NCBI GenBank assembly: GCA_026387835.1
Contig: JAPLKZ010000005.1
Location: forward strand, 180,001 to 212,000
Length of the DNA stretch: 32,000 bases
Origin: Candidatus Saganbacteria bacterium
Lineage (GTDB): Bacteria > Margulisbacteria > WOR-1 > JAKLHX01
Reading direction: 5' to 3'
Shown here: in pieces, positions 18,708 through 27,645 of the stretch
Layout of the letters: each line of letters begins with the position of its first letter
Position numbering within the stretch: the first letter of the stretch is position 1
Translations under genes and position numbers: made by a program
Notes under the pieces: generated by a model
Databases searched by the model: none
What the model was told of the DNA's origin: nothing
The model's input: the letters and a program-made list of their open reading frames with translations, nothing else

Positions 18708-20045
18708 ATGAGCGAAGAAAGACTACCGCCGCAAAACCTTACTGCGGAACAGTCGGTCTTAGGTGCGATGCTGCTTGACAAGAATGCGATCATAAAAGCA
18801 TTTGAGATCCTGCAGCCCGACAGTTTTTACCGTGAAGGCCACAGGCTGGTCTGCGAGGCGATAATGTCGCTTTTCGACAGGGGCGAGCCGGCCGATATCG
18901 TCACCGTCACCAACGAGCTCAGAAAGAACGGTTCGCTTGAGGCAGCCGGCGGGAGCGTTTATATAAGCGACCTCCTGAACAGCGTCCCTACCGCGGCGAA
19001 CGTCGAATACTATGCCAGGATAGTCGATGAGAAAGCGATCCTGCGGCGCCTGATAGATTCCGGCACAAAGATAGTCTCAGACTGCTTTGACGGGCAGGTA
19101 GATGTCAACTCCGTGCTGGACAAGGCGGAAAAAACGGTCTTTGACATCGCGATGAAGAAGATCAAGCAGGGATTTTTCAAGGTCGACAAAGTCCTGAAAA
19201 ACGTGCTTGACCGGATAAACCTGCTGTATGAAAAAAAACTCCCTCTTACCGGTATTCCTTCGGGCTTTCCCGACCTCGACAAATTGACGGCCGGATTCCA
19301 AAGTTCGGAACTTATAGTCCTGGCCGCAAGGCCGTCCGTGGGAAAGACCGCTTTCGCGCTCAACATAGCTCAGAATATCGCTATAAGGCATAAGATCCCG
19401 GTCGCGATCTTCAGCCTGGAGATGTCAAAAGAACAGCTCGTCACAAGGCTTTTATGTTCCGAGGGGGAGATAGAGTCATCAAAACTGAAGACAGCCACCC
19501 TGTCAGACACCGGATGGAAAAGACTGACCAAGGCGATCGGAAGAGTATCCGAAGCGCCGATATTCATCGACGACTCGCCCCTTCTTTCGGCAATGGAGAT
19601 GAGGGCAAAAGCAAGAAGGCTGAAGATCGAGCACGGGATAGGACTTGTGATAGTCGATTTTCTCCAGCTGATGCAGACACGCGGCCGGTCGGATAACCGC
19701 GTGCAGGAGATATCCGAAGTGGCAAGGTCGCTGAAGACGCTTGCCAGGGAGCTTGATGTGCCTGTACTTGCGCTTTCCCAGCTTTCAAGGGCGATCGAAC
19801 AGCGCCAGGACAGGATGCCAAGGCTTTCCGACCTGAGAGAATCCGGCGAGATCGAGCAGGTGGCCGATATCGTGATGTTCATCCACAGGGAGGATTACTA
19901 CAACCCTTCTTCAGATAAAGGCAACATCGCTGAAATAATAATCGCCAAGCAGAGGAACGGTCCCACGGGCAGCATCGAGCTTGTTTTCCGCAAGGAGTTC
20001 ACTAAATTCGAGAGCAAAAGCCCTTATGAATCCACTCCGCAGTAA
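18708..20045 (+). CDS. dnaB: Replicative DNA helicase
   Basis: The N-terminus PPQNLTAEQSVLGAML, Walker A ARPSVGKTAF, and the SLEMS, VDFLQLM and QRNGPTG motifs identify DnaB. Confidence 0.96.
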   Translation: MSEERLPPQNLTAEQSVLGAMLLDKNAIIKAFEILQPDSFYREGHRLVCEAIMSLFDRGEPADIVTVTNELRKNGSLEAAGGSVYISDLLNSVPTAANVEYYARIVDEKAILRRLIDSGTKIVSDCFDGQVDVNSVLDKAEKTVFDIAMKKIKQGFFKVDKVLKNVLDRINLLYEKKLPLTGIPSGFPDLDKLTAGFQSSELIVLAARPSVGKTAFALNIAQNIAIRHKIPVAIFSLEMSKEQLVTRLLCSEGEIESSKLKTATLSDTGWKRLTKAIGRVSEAPIFIDDSPLLSAMEMRAKARRLKIEHGIGLVIVDFLQLMQTRGRSDNRVQEISEVARSLKTLARELDVPVLALSQLSRAIEQRQDRMPRLSDLRESGEIEQVADIVMFIHREDYYNPSSDKGNIAEIIIAKQRNGPTGSIELVFRKEFTKFESKSPYESTPQ

Positions 20046-20055
20046 CGGTCATGCC

Positions 20056-20343
20056 GTGCAGGCGCGGCCGTTCATTTTTTTCACTTTCTTTTTTCTGATA
20101 ATAATATCTTAGATCAAAGCTGACTCGATCTCTTATCAGAAGGAAAAAGGCATCATAGAGGCGAGAGGGAGTGTCGAGGCGGAATATAAGAATACGGTCA
20201 TAAAAGCTCCCCATATCATATATTATTCCGGACCGGCAAGACTGGCTGCGGATGACGGGTTTTCCCTGACAAGGCAGAATGTCTGTCTTAACGGCGGGAA
20301 GCTGGATTATTTTGTCAAAGACGAAAAGGGTACCGCAGAGAGC
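20056..20343 (+). other. In-frame upstream extension of the lptD-like gene: a signal-peptide-like segment, then TAG (20110-20112), then 77 start-less codons of an OstA-N-like domain
   Basis: The frame is the same as ORF 20344. It reads GTG-QARPFIFFTFFFLIIIS-TAG-IKADSISYQKEKGIIEARGSVEAEYKNTVIKAPHIIYYSGPARLAADDGFSLTRQNVCLNGGKLDYFVKDEKGTAES. See the findings. Confidence 0.5.
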
Positions 20344-21546
20344 GTGTATATTTCCATGGGGCATACATGGATAAGCGGGGAGACCGTCAGCATCGACCCT
20401 CAGGAAATATACTTAAAAAATTCGAGCTTTTCTTCCTGCGACCTTCCCGTGCCTCACTATAAAATAACAGCGTCTTCGATGACCCTTTATCCAAAATCCG
20501 GCTGGATCGTTGAGAACATGGGCTTGATGTATATAAATAACATCCCTGTTTTTCCAGTGCCGACATACGTGTTCGACACAGGGTTGATAGGCGGGATCTA
20601 CGGAAAAAAGAATCCCGCGCCCCTGCCTGACATCGGCACGAACCCGACCGACGGCACTTATATTAACGAGGAGGTAGTCTGGCGGTTGTCCAGTTACAGT
20701 TATGGTCTCCTTTCCATACAATATGCGACTAATAAAGGCCTCGGCGGAGGTTTTGAGAGCAATTATGTACTGAACAACAACAATGAAGGCAGTGTCCGGA
20801 TCTATGACAACCACACAGACAAGTGGTACGGAGGTTTGACACATGCTTTTTATTTCGGCGACGATGTCCAGAGTGAAAAAACGAGGTCAATGCTATATCA
20901 GGTATTCCAGGTCCCTCCGCGAAAGAAATATGAACTGGACGTGTTGCTTTCCTACAGGGAAAGGACGAACTACGAAAGACTGACGATGCTCCCCATGATC
21001 ACGTTAAAATACGTGGACATTCCTTTCCCATTTATTAATTTCATGCCCAAGGCCGAGTTCTCCCTTGGTTCTGTTTCCGAAGAAAGTACCGGGATCGATG
21101 TCTTTCGTGCATACGCGGCTACATCGCTTGATTATATCCAGCCTCTTGGGGAGACGGCGGACCTGAAGCCGGGACTTGATCTCTCATATACAGGATATGA
21201 TTCTTCAGGCAGTTGGGCGAAGGTCCTCGGCAGGATAGATGTCGTAAAAAGGTTCTCGGACATTTTTGATGCGGGGGCGGGCTATTCGCATTTCTTTGTC
21301 AACACAGGAGGAAGCCCTTTCAGATGGGAGAACTACAGGTTCTTCCCGTACGATGATGTTCACGTGTCCGGAAATCTAAGGTTCGCAAAGATGTCTTTCG
21401 GGGTGAACGTTTCTTACAATACTCCGGTTTTTTCGGTCCGCGATATAGATTATAATGCGACTATAGGGCTCCACTGCTTTGATCTGAAAGCCCTGTGGAG
21501 GACAGCAAGAGGCGAGTTCTCCCTCGGGGTCGAGCTGTTAGACTAG
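20344..21546 (+). CDS. lptD: LptD/OstA-like outer-membrane LPS-assembly protein (minimal ORF from GTG; the true gene probably starts upstream)
   Basis: FSSCDLPVPHYKITASSMTLYPKSGWIVENMGLMYINNIPVFPVPTYVF parallels the E. coli LptD segment YTSC..W.v.g.eI......n..f.v..vPifYsPY. The rest has a Tyr/Gly/Ser/Asn-rich beta-barrel-like composition. Confidence 0.6.
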   Translation: MYISMGHTWISGETVSIDPQEIYLKNSSFSSCDLPVPHYKITASSMTLYPKSGWIVENMGLMYINNIPVFPVPTYVFDTGLIGGIYGKKNPAPLPDIGTNPTDGTYINEEVVWRLSSYSYGLLSIQYATNKGLGGGFESNYVLNNNNEGSVRIYDNHTDKWYGGLTHAFYFGDDVQSEKTRSMLYQVFQVPPRKKYELDVLLSYRERTNYERLTMLPMITLKYVDIPFPFINFMPKAEFSLGSVSEESTGIDVFRAYAATSLDYIQPLGETADLKPGLDLSYTGYDSSGSWAKVLGRIDVVKRFSDIFDAGAGYSHFFVNTGGSPFRWENYRFFPYDDVHVSGNLRFAKMSFGVNVSYNTPVFSVRDIDYNATIGLHCFDLKALWRTARGEFSLGVELLD

Positions 21547-21554
21547 GAGGAAAA

Positions 21555-22205
21555 ATGAAAAAGGGATATCTGATCACGTTCGAAGGCACGGAAGGCTGCG
21601 GTAAAAGCACTCACGCGAAGATGCTGGAGAAATATCTGAAAAGTCTCGGGAAAAGGGCCGTCCTGTCCCTTGAACCGGGCGGGACAAAACTGGGACGAGA
21701 TATTAGAAAAGTCCTTCTTGGTTTTGAAGAGCCGCTGGCCCGGAACGCGGAACTGTTCCTGTTCGCCGCTGACAGGGCCCAGCATGTTTCTCAGGTGATA
21801 AAACCGGCGCTTGATGACGGTGCCATTGTGATATGCGACAGATTTATTGATTCGACGGTCGCTTACCAGATAGGCGGAAGAAAACTTCCCGAAGAACTTG
21901 TGCGGTATATAAACGCGGTCTCCAGCGGAGGCCTGATGCCGGACCTCACGTTCTTGCTTGATGTATCTCCGATGGTCGGGGTCCCTAGAGCGATAGCGGC
22001 ATCCGCCAGGGAAAAGGGGCCCGTGAAGAAGGTGGACAGGTTCGAAAAAGAGAAGATCGCTTTTCATAATGATGTCAGGAACATGTACCTTGAGATAGCA
22101 AGGAACGATCCGGAAAGGATCAAGGTCATAGATGCGGAAAAGCAGGATATCAGTAAAGTTCAGGAAGAGATAATGAAGATTGCAAAAGAGATATTAAATA
22201 TTTAA
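21555..22205 (+). CDS. tmk: Thymidylate kinase
   Basis: MKKGYLITFEGTEGCGKST (P-loop) and DRF/DS motifs are present. GGAGG (21546-21550) precedes ATG 21555. The track start at 21495 would overlap lptD by 52 nt and adds non-homologous residues. Confidence 0.92.
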   Translation: MKKGYLITFEGTEGCGKSTHAKMLEKYLKSLGKRAVLSLEPGGTKLGRDIRKVLLGFEEPLARNAELFLFAADRAQHVSQVIKPALDDGAIVICDRFIDSTVAYQIGGRKLPEELVRYINAVSSGGLMPDLTFLLDVSPMVGVPRAIAASAREKGPVKKVDRFEKEKIAFHNDVRNMYLEIARNDPERIKVIDAEKQDISKVQEEIMKIAKEILNI

Positions 22206-22302
22206 TCACACTCACGGTACTGTTCAATTTTAATAGGCCATCCAATCCATCATCGTAATATTATTCAGCTTGAAAAGATGATAGGCTAATATATAACGGA
22301 TA

Positions 22303-22308
22303 TATAAT
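22303..22308 (+). promoter_or_regulatory. -10 box TATAAT placed 6 nt upstream of the surface-protein ATG (leaderless-type promoter)
   Basis: The sequence reads TATAAT-ctatat-ATG(22315). No SD site is present. Confidence 0.4.
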
Positions 22309-22314
22309 CTATAT

Positions 22315-25071
22315 ATGAGAAATAAAGTGGGTAAAATAATAAAGAACAAAACAACCGTATTTCTTTTGTTTGTAATTCTATTGCTAATTTCAACCGTTTC
22401 GAACGCTGAGCTGCAAAACGGCATGAACGCGAATATTATTATAGGACAACCCGATTTCTCAACTTGGACAGCGGGAAATGGTTTGAACCAAATGAGCACC
22501 CCATATGATGTGTGTACAGACGGCAGGTCATTATATGTTGCCGATTGTGTCAATGCCCGCATACTTATATTCAATGCCATACCTACATCCAACAACGCGT
22601 ATGCGGATTTTCAACTTCACATTACAGTATATAATGGTGTCTGGTCGGACGGAACCCGCCTGATAACGGGAAGGTATTACTCACAAAGACTTGATATCTA
22701 TAACAGTATCCCGACACAAGAAGCGCAACCGCCGGATGTGCAGTTCTTACCACCCACTAACGCCGGCGCCAACTCAGCCACTCCCTACCACATGTACTTC
22801 GACGGAACGCACCTATATGTGCTTGATTTTAACGGAAGCCGGGTCCTCATCTGGAACTATTTACCCACAACAGGCCACACGGACTGTGATGTTGTAGTCG
22901 GGCAAACCAATTTCGCATCATTATCGTCAAATCAGGGAGGAGGGCCTGGCGCCAATACGCTCTCTTTAAGCACCGGGTCTCCTAGTGGTGTATGGTCTGA
23001 CGGCAGCAAACTTATAATTACCGACAGGGGCAATAACCGCGTCTTGATATGGAATTCTATACCTACAACTAATAATGCTTCTGCGGATGTTGTGATAGGC
23101 CAGACCAACTTTACCTCTAATTCGGCCAATCAGGGCAGAAGTGCCTGCGGGGCCGATACAATATCGGGCCCGAGGACCGTTTGTTCCGACGGTAAGAGGC
23201 TCTTCATCGCCGATATGAACAACTTCCGTATACTTGTCTATAACAATATTCCTACCGCAAACGGTGCTTCCGCGGATTATGTCATAGGTCAGCCCGATTT
23301 TACCTCCGGCAGTATCCGTGATTTGTCAAGGGATTCCTGCAGTTATGTCCGTGGTTTATCTACTGATGGGAAAAGGCTGTTCGCTGCTGCCAACGGAAAT
23401 TGTGTCCTCGTCTATAACATCACATACAAATCAGAGAATTTTACCGGAACACCCTCTTCAACTACACAGATCAATTACAGCTGGACAAACTCATGCGCTT
23501 TAAATGATGGGTTCAGAATATTGGACGGATCAGACCTTACCAAGGTGGAAGTTTCCGGAAATGCCAGAGCAACGACCGAGTCAGGATTACTGCCAAATAC
23601 GTTATATTCAAGAAAAATACAAACATATAATGTCGGAGATGCAGTAACTTCAGAAACTATAACTATATGTTCTCTTGCGGCGACACCCGAAATAAGCACA
23701 GCAACAGCCAGCTATGACTCGGTAAATGGCTATAACTGTGTGATAGCGGTTAATGCCAACGGTAATCCGGCTGGAACAAATTACGCGGTTTCAACGGATA
23801 ACGGGAGCAACTGGCTGCAGGCGGACGGGACAATATCAGCAACGGTATATTGGAGCACTTCAACAACAGGGTGGACCTATAAAAACTTATCGCCGGACAC
23901 AACATACAGTTTTAAGGTAAAGGCAAAGAACGCGAACGGGGTTGAGACCATATTATCAGCCGCAGCGAGCGCGGGACACCTGCCAACAGCCAAAGCCTTT
24001 AGCGGGATAACAACGACGGAGATAACAGCGAACTGGGGAGCGAATGGAAATCCGGCCACGACAGAATATTACTGCGAGAACACGACAAAAGGTACAAACA
24101 GCGGCTGGATAACATCGACGAGCTGGACATCAACAGGGCTTATAACTTCAACGCAATACTCTTTCAGGGTAAAAGCAAGAAGTGCTGACTGGCCCGAGAC
24201 AGGCTGGATATCTTTGGGGACGCAGTATACAGCGGGAAAGCTGGCGCCGGACCTGTTGAAGACGGCGAGTCTGGGTCTCATAGAAGGAGATATTATAAGC
24301 AAATTGGCGAAGATAACGATAATGATAAATAGCGGCTTGACCGTAGACACGGGCACGATAAGGTTCTACATAGACGGGATAGCGGTGACTGACGGGACTC
24401 TTTTATATTACGACAGTATCGCGCAGGAGAGCGGAGTTGCGACGATAGAGTACACGATAAAGAACCCCCTGGCGGTGGGAACGCACACAATAAAGGTATC
24501 GATCGTCACGGAGGACGGGACGCTGTACGAAAAGGAAGTAAGCAGCCTGAAAGTTATGAGCGACAGCGCGACGGTGGGAGCGTCGCTGGCATACCCGAAC
24601 CCTTATGATCCGCTGAAAGGGGAGATAAAGTTCGGATACAATCTTGCTCTTGACGCGGACGTGACGATATATGTATTTGACATAAACGGGAGGTTCATTT
24701 TCAAGCAGAGCTGCTTAAGCGGGCAAAGAGGCGGAACGGCAGGATACAACGAGACGACGTGGAACGGCATAAATGCATTCGGGTCGATGCTGGATAATGA
24801 TGTATATCTTGTGAGGATAGCCGAAACTAACACGGGGAACGTGATCGGCAAGCTGAAGATCCTGGTGCTTAAGGGCGGGATATCGTCCTCTAAAAAAGAG
24901 AGGAAGACAGCGGGGGTTCTGGGGCCGGGAGGAAAAGGGGACAATAAGCACGGGGATAACGGCGGGAGCAGCGGGATAACGGTAATTCTGTTATCGGTCC
25001 TGACAGGACTTGTGACGCTGGATGCGATGATGAGGTTTTACAGAGTGATAAAGAAGATAAAGAAAAGATAA
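22315..25071 (+). CDS. Large secreted or cell-surface protein: signal peptide, six-bladed NHL-type beta-propeller, three FN3-like domains, an Ig-like domain, a FlgD-Ig/T9SS-CTD-like beta-sandwich, and a C-terminal Gly-rich/TM/basic tail
   Basis: The signal peptide is MRNKVGKIIKNKTTVFLLFVILLLISTVSNA|E. The six repeats are listed in the repeat feature. The FN3-like segments have the W..Y.F.V.A pattern. The FlgD-like segment is DADVTIYVFDINGRFIF...TTWNG...VYLVRI. The tail is GGSSGITVILLSVLTGLVTLDAMMRFYRVIKKIKKR. Confidence 0.85.
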   Translation: MRNKVGKIIKNKTTVFLLFVILLLISTVSNAELQNGMNANIIIGQPDFSTWTAGNGLNQMSTPYDVCTDGRSLYVADCVNARILIFNAIPTSNNAYADFQLHITVYNGVWSDGTRLITGRYYSQRLDIYNSIPTQEAQPPDVQFLPPTNAGANSATPYHMYFDGTHLYVLDFNGSRVLIWNYLPTTGHTDCDVVVGQTNFASLSSNQGGGPGANTLSLSTGSPSGVWSDGSKLIITDRGNNRVLIWNSIPTTNNASADVVIGQTNFTSNSANQGRSACGADTISGPRTVCSDGKRLFIADMNNFRILVYNNIPTANGASADYVIGQPDFTSGSIRDLSRDSCSYVRGLSTDGKRLFAAANGNCVLVYNITYKSENFTGTPSSTTQINYSWTNSCALNDGFRILDGSDLTKVEVSGNARATTESGLLPNTLYSRKIQTYNVGDAVTSETITICSLAATPEISTATASYDSVNGYNCVIAVNANGNPAGTNYAVSTDNGSNWLQADGTISATVYWSTSTTGWTYKNLSPDTTYSFKVKAKNANGVETILSAAASAGHLPTAKAFSGITTTEITANWGANGNPATTEYYCENTTKGTNSGWITSTSWTSTGLITSTQYSFRVKARSADWPETGWISLGTQYTAGKLAPDLLKTASLGLIEGDIISKLAKITIMINSGLTVDTGTIRFYIDGIAVTDGTLLYYDSIAQESGVATIEYTIKNPLAVGTHTIKVSIVTEDGTLYEKEVSSLKVMSDSATVGASLAYPNPYDPLKGEIKFGYNLALDADVTIYVFDINGRFIFKQSCLSGQRGGTAGYNETTWNGINAFGSMLDNDVYLVRIAETNTGNVIGKLKILVLKGGISSSKKERKTAGVLGPGGKGDNKHGDNGGSSGITVILLSVLTGLVTLDAMMRFYRVIKKIKKR
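22426..23424 (+). repeat. Six divergent NHL-like repeats at protein level (about 40-65 aa each) inside the surface-protein gene
   Basis: The core recurs six times: TDGRSLYVADCVNARILIFNAIPT, SDGTRLITGRYYSQRLDIYNSIPT, FDGTHLYVLDFNGSRVLIWNYLPT, SDGSKLIITDRGNNRVLIWNSIPT, SDGKRLFIADMNNFRILVYNNIPT and TDGKRLFAAANGNCVLVYNITYK. Most copies are preceded by [IV][IV]GQ[PT][DN]F. The DNA copies are diverged and are not a recent duplication. Confidence 0.6.
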
Positions 25072-25125
25072 CAAAAGAAGTGTTCCTCTCGCTCATCCGC
25101 TTAATGGCAAGACTTTTCTTAATTA

Positions 25126-25134
25126 TGTTAAAAT
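25126..25134 (+). promoter_or_regulatory. Extended -10 TGtTAAAAT placed 6 nt upstream of the alaS ATG (leaderless-type promoter)
   Basis: The sequence reads TGtTAAAAT-gtgtct-ATG(25141). This argues that ATG 25141 is the start, rather than the track's GTG 25135. Confidence 0.45.
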
Positions 25135-25140
25135 GTGTCT

Positions 25141-27645
25141 ATGAAATCAGCTGATATCCGCAGTAAATTCCTAAAATATTTCGAGGATAAAGGCCATTCA
25201 ATACTTCCGGGTTCTTCGCTTATCCCCAAGGACCCCACGGTCCTTCTGACGCTTGCCGGGATGCTGCAATTCAAGCCGGTATTTCTCGGGCTTGAAAGGC
25301 CGGCCGTTCCGAGGGCCGCGACGGTGCAGAAATGCGTGAGAACAAATGATATCGAAAATGTCGGCCACACAGCGCGCCACCACACTTTTTTTGAGATGCT
25401 CGGCAACTTTTCTTTCGGCGATTATTTTAAAGACGACGCGATCGCGTTCGCCTGGGAGTTGATAACAAAAGAGTTCAGTATCGATCCCAAAAGGCTTCAC
25501 ATTGCCGTGTTCGAGGATGATGATGAGTCCGTAAAGATATGGGAAAAGACCGCCGGACAGGCGGGAAAGCGGCTTGTCAGGCTGGGGGAGGACAATAATT
25601 TCTGGGCGGCCGGGCCGACAGGGCCCTGCGGGCCGTGCAGTGAAATATATTACGACCTGGGAGAAAAGTCCGGATGCGGGAAAAAAGAATGCGGTCCGGG
25701 CTGCGAATGCGGCAGGTTCCTCGAAATATGGAACCTGGTCTTCATGGAATTCAACAGGGATGAGAGCGGAAAGCTCACGCCTTTGCCTAAAAAGAACATC
25801 GACACAGGGATGGGCCTTGAAAGAATAACATCAGTGCTTCAGGGCGCCGGTTCAAATTTTGACACCGACCTGTTCATCCCGATCATTGAAAAGATAAAAG
25901 AATACCATGTAGATCCGCAGATCGTATCGCTCAGGATAATATCGGACCACGCGAGAGCAGCGGTATATCTGATAGGGGACGGGCTTCTTCCCGGGAACGA
26001 GGGGCGTAATTATGTGCTCAGAAGGATAATAAGAAGAGCGATATTGCACGGGAAAAAGCTCGGGATAAAAGAACAATTCCTTTATAAACTATCGGGCATC
26101 GTGACCGAGCTCGGAGGCGTTTTTTATAAGGACCTTGCGGAGAAGAGCGCTCAGATAGCGAAGGTCATTCAAACCGAGGAGGAAGGGTTCGGAAAGACGA
26201 TGGAGCAGGGCATCTCGCTTCTTGAAAATATCCTGTCGCGGTCTTCTTCGGGTGTCGTTGAAGGAAAAGATATATTCAAATTGTATGATACTTTCGGTTT
26301 CCCTTATGAACTGACAAAAGAAATAGCCGTTGAAAGGGGTTTCGGCCTCGATGCGAGCGGGTTCAGCATCGAGATGGAAAAGCAAAAAACGAGAAGCAGG
26401 GAGAGTTCTTCGAAAATATACGCGCTGGGACCGGTCCCGCAGGTCAAGGGTTATCCTGCTACCGAGTTTACCGGATATGATACTCTCGAGAGCGAAGCGA
26501 AGGTTCTCGGTGTCACCGGCGGATTTATCATCCTCGACAGGTCTCCGTTCTATGTGGAAAGCGGCGGACAGGACAGCGATAAAGGCTGGCTGATCATAGA
26601 AAGGAACAGGACCGAGGTCAAAAGGCTGGTCAAGACGGCGGAAGGGGTCATCCTTCATCAGGCCGGCGGTGACATCATCCCCCATACGGGCGAAAAGATA
26701 AAGTCCGAAGTGGACAAGGAGGTCAGGGCTTTGATCTCCGGGCATCATACATCGACGCATCTTCTCCACAGTGCTCTCAGAAAAGTTTTGGGAGAGAACG
26801 TAAAACAGAGCGGTTCATTTGTTACTTCCGGCAGGTTCAGGTTTGATTTTAACAGCGCTGAAGCGCTGAAGGATGAAGAGCTGAAGTCAGTGGAAGATTT
26901 TGTAAATAACGCGGTAAAAAGTTCTATCCCCGTGGAAACAGTTATCACGACCATAGAGGAGGCAAGAAAAAGCGGAGCTCTTGCTTTGTTCGAGGCAAAA
27001 TACGGGGAAAAAGTCAGGATGATAAAGATCGGTGATATCAGCAAAGAATTGTGCGGGGGGACGCACGTGAAGAACACTTCAGAGATCGGGCTTTTCAAGA
27101 TCGTAAAGGAAGGCGCGATAGCTCACGGGATGAGGCGCATAGAGGCGGTGTCAGGGGCCGCTGCTGAGCAGTATTTGAAGCAGAAAGAACAGGAAGATGC
27201 GAGAGCGAGCGGGCGGGATGCGGCAAGAGCAAAGGAAAAAGAAGACGAAGAGAAGCAAAAAAACAAAGCACTCTCGATGATCGATCCCATGATAAGCGGC
27301 GGCCAGGACATCAGAGGCATAAAATATGTCTATCAGGAATTTAAAGACTTTAAACCGTCCGCATTAAAGGACGCTGCTGCACTGGTTTCCAAAAGGCTCA
27401 AAAAATGCGTCTGCCTTATAGTCTCGGTATCCGCGGATAAAGTTTCTATCATAGTTTCCGTGTCAGCCGAGCTTCAAACGGCGGGTTTTCATGCCGGCAA
27501 TATCGTAAAACAACTTGCTTCTGTCGTGGGCGGCAGGGGCGGCGGCAAAGCCGATATAGCTGAGGCCGGCGGAAAAGAGGTCTCAAAGGCTCCCGAGATC
27601 AGGAACGTATTAAAAAGGATTATCGATGAGAATACTGGCGGTTGA
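25141..27645 (+). CDS. alaS: Alanine--tRNA ligase
   Basis: MKSADIRSKFLKYFEDKGH, FEMLGNFSFGDYFK, the editing-domain HxxxH (HHTSTHLLH)...CGGTH, and a C-terminal DHHA1-like GGRGGGK are all present. Confidence 0.96.
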   Translation: MKSADIRSKFLKYFEDKGHSILPGSSLIPKDPTVLLTLAGMLQFKPVFLGLERPAVPRAATVQKCVRTNDIENVGHTARHHTFFEMLGNFSFGDYFKDDAIAFAWELITKEFSIDPKRLHIAVFEDDDESVKIWEKTAGQAGKRLVRLGEDNNFWAAGPTGPCGPCSEIYYDLGEKSGCGKKECGPGCECGRFLEIWNLVFMEFNRDESGKLTPLPKKNIDTGMGLERITSVLQGAGSNFDTDLFIPIIEKIKEYHVDPQIVSLRIISDHARAAVYLIGDGLLPGNEGRNYVLRRIIRRAILHGKKLGIKEQFLYKLSGIVTELGGVFYKDLAEKSAQIAKVIQTEEEGFGKTMEQGISLLENILSRSSSGVVEGKDIFKLYDTFGFPYELTKEIAVERGFGLDASGFSIEMEKQKTRSRESSSKIYALGPVPQVKGYPATEFTGYDTLESEAKVLGVTGGFIILDRSPFYVESGGQDSDKGWLIIERNRTEVKRLVKTAEGVILHQAGGDIIPHTGEKIKSEVDKEVRALISGHHTSTHLLHSALRKVLGENVKQSGSFVTSGRFRFDFNSAEALKDEELKSVEDFVNNAVKSSIPVETVITTIEEARKSGALALFEAKYGEKVRMIKIGDISKELCGGTHVKNTSEIGLFKIVKEGAIAHGMRRIEAVSGAAAEQYLKQKEQEDARASGRDAARAKEKEDEEKQKNKALSMIDPMISGGQDIRGIKYVYQEFKDFKPSALKDAAALVSKRLKKCVCLIVSVSADKVSIIVSVSAELQTAGFHAGNIVKQLASVVGGRGGGKADIAEAGGKEVSKAPEIRNVLKRIIDENTGG

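Noticed and set aside
20044-20081. A hairpin-like element (AACGG..CCG / CGG CCGTT) followed by a T7 run just after the dnaB stop, which could be an intrinsic terminator. In that reading, the Phe/Ile-rich 'signal peptide' upstream of lptD would be a non-coding U-tract.
   Set aside because: The stem is interrupted by a 5-nt bulge and has only 8 bp. No other junction in the window uses such terminators. The coding reading gives a complete n/h/c-region signal peptide in frame with the OstA-like domain. I keep this as the main alternative to the readthrough or pseudogene interpretation rather than excluding it.
21495-21554. The track gives tmk a start at 21495, adding 20 N-terminal residues.
   Set aside because: That start would overlap the lptD-like gene by 52 nt and adds residues not seen in Tmk. 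ATG 21555 follows GGAGG and places the P-loop at the usual distance from the N-terminus.
22315-25071. A diversity-generating retroelement target or recent tandem DNA repeats in the surface-protein gene.
   Set aside because: The window has no reverse transcriptase and no template-repeat copy. The internal repeats are diverged at the DNA level and correspond to ordinary NHL and FN3 domain repeats.
25135-25140. GTG 25135 as the alaS start, as in the ORF track.
   Set aside because: ATG 25141 gives the canonical MKSADIR... N-terminus. The six nucleotides 25135-25140 are the spacer between the extended -10 box and the ATG in the recurring leaderless layout.
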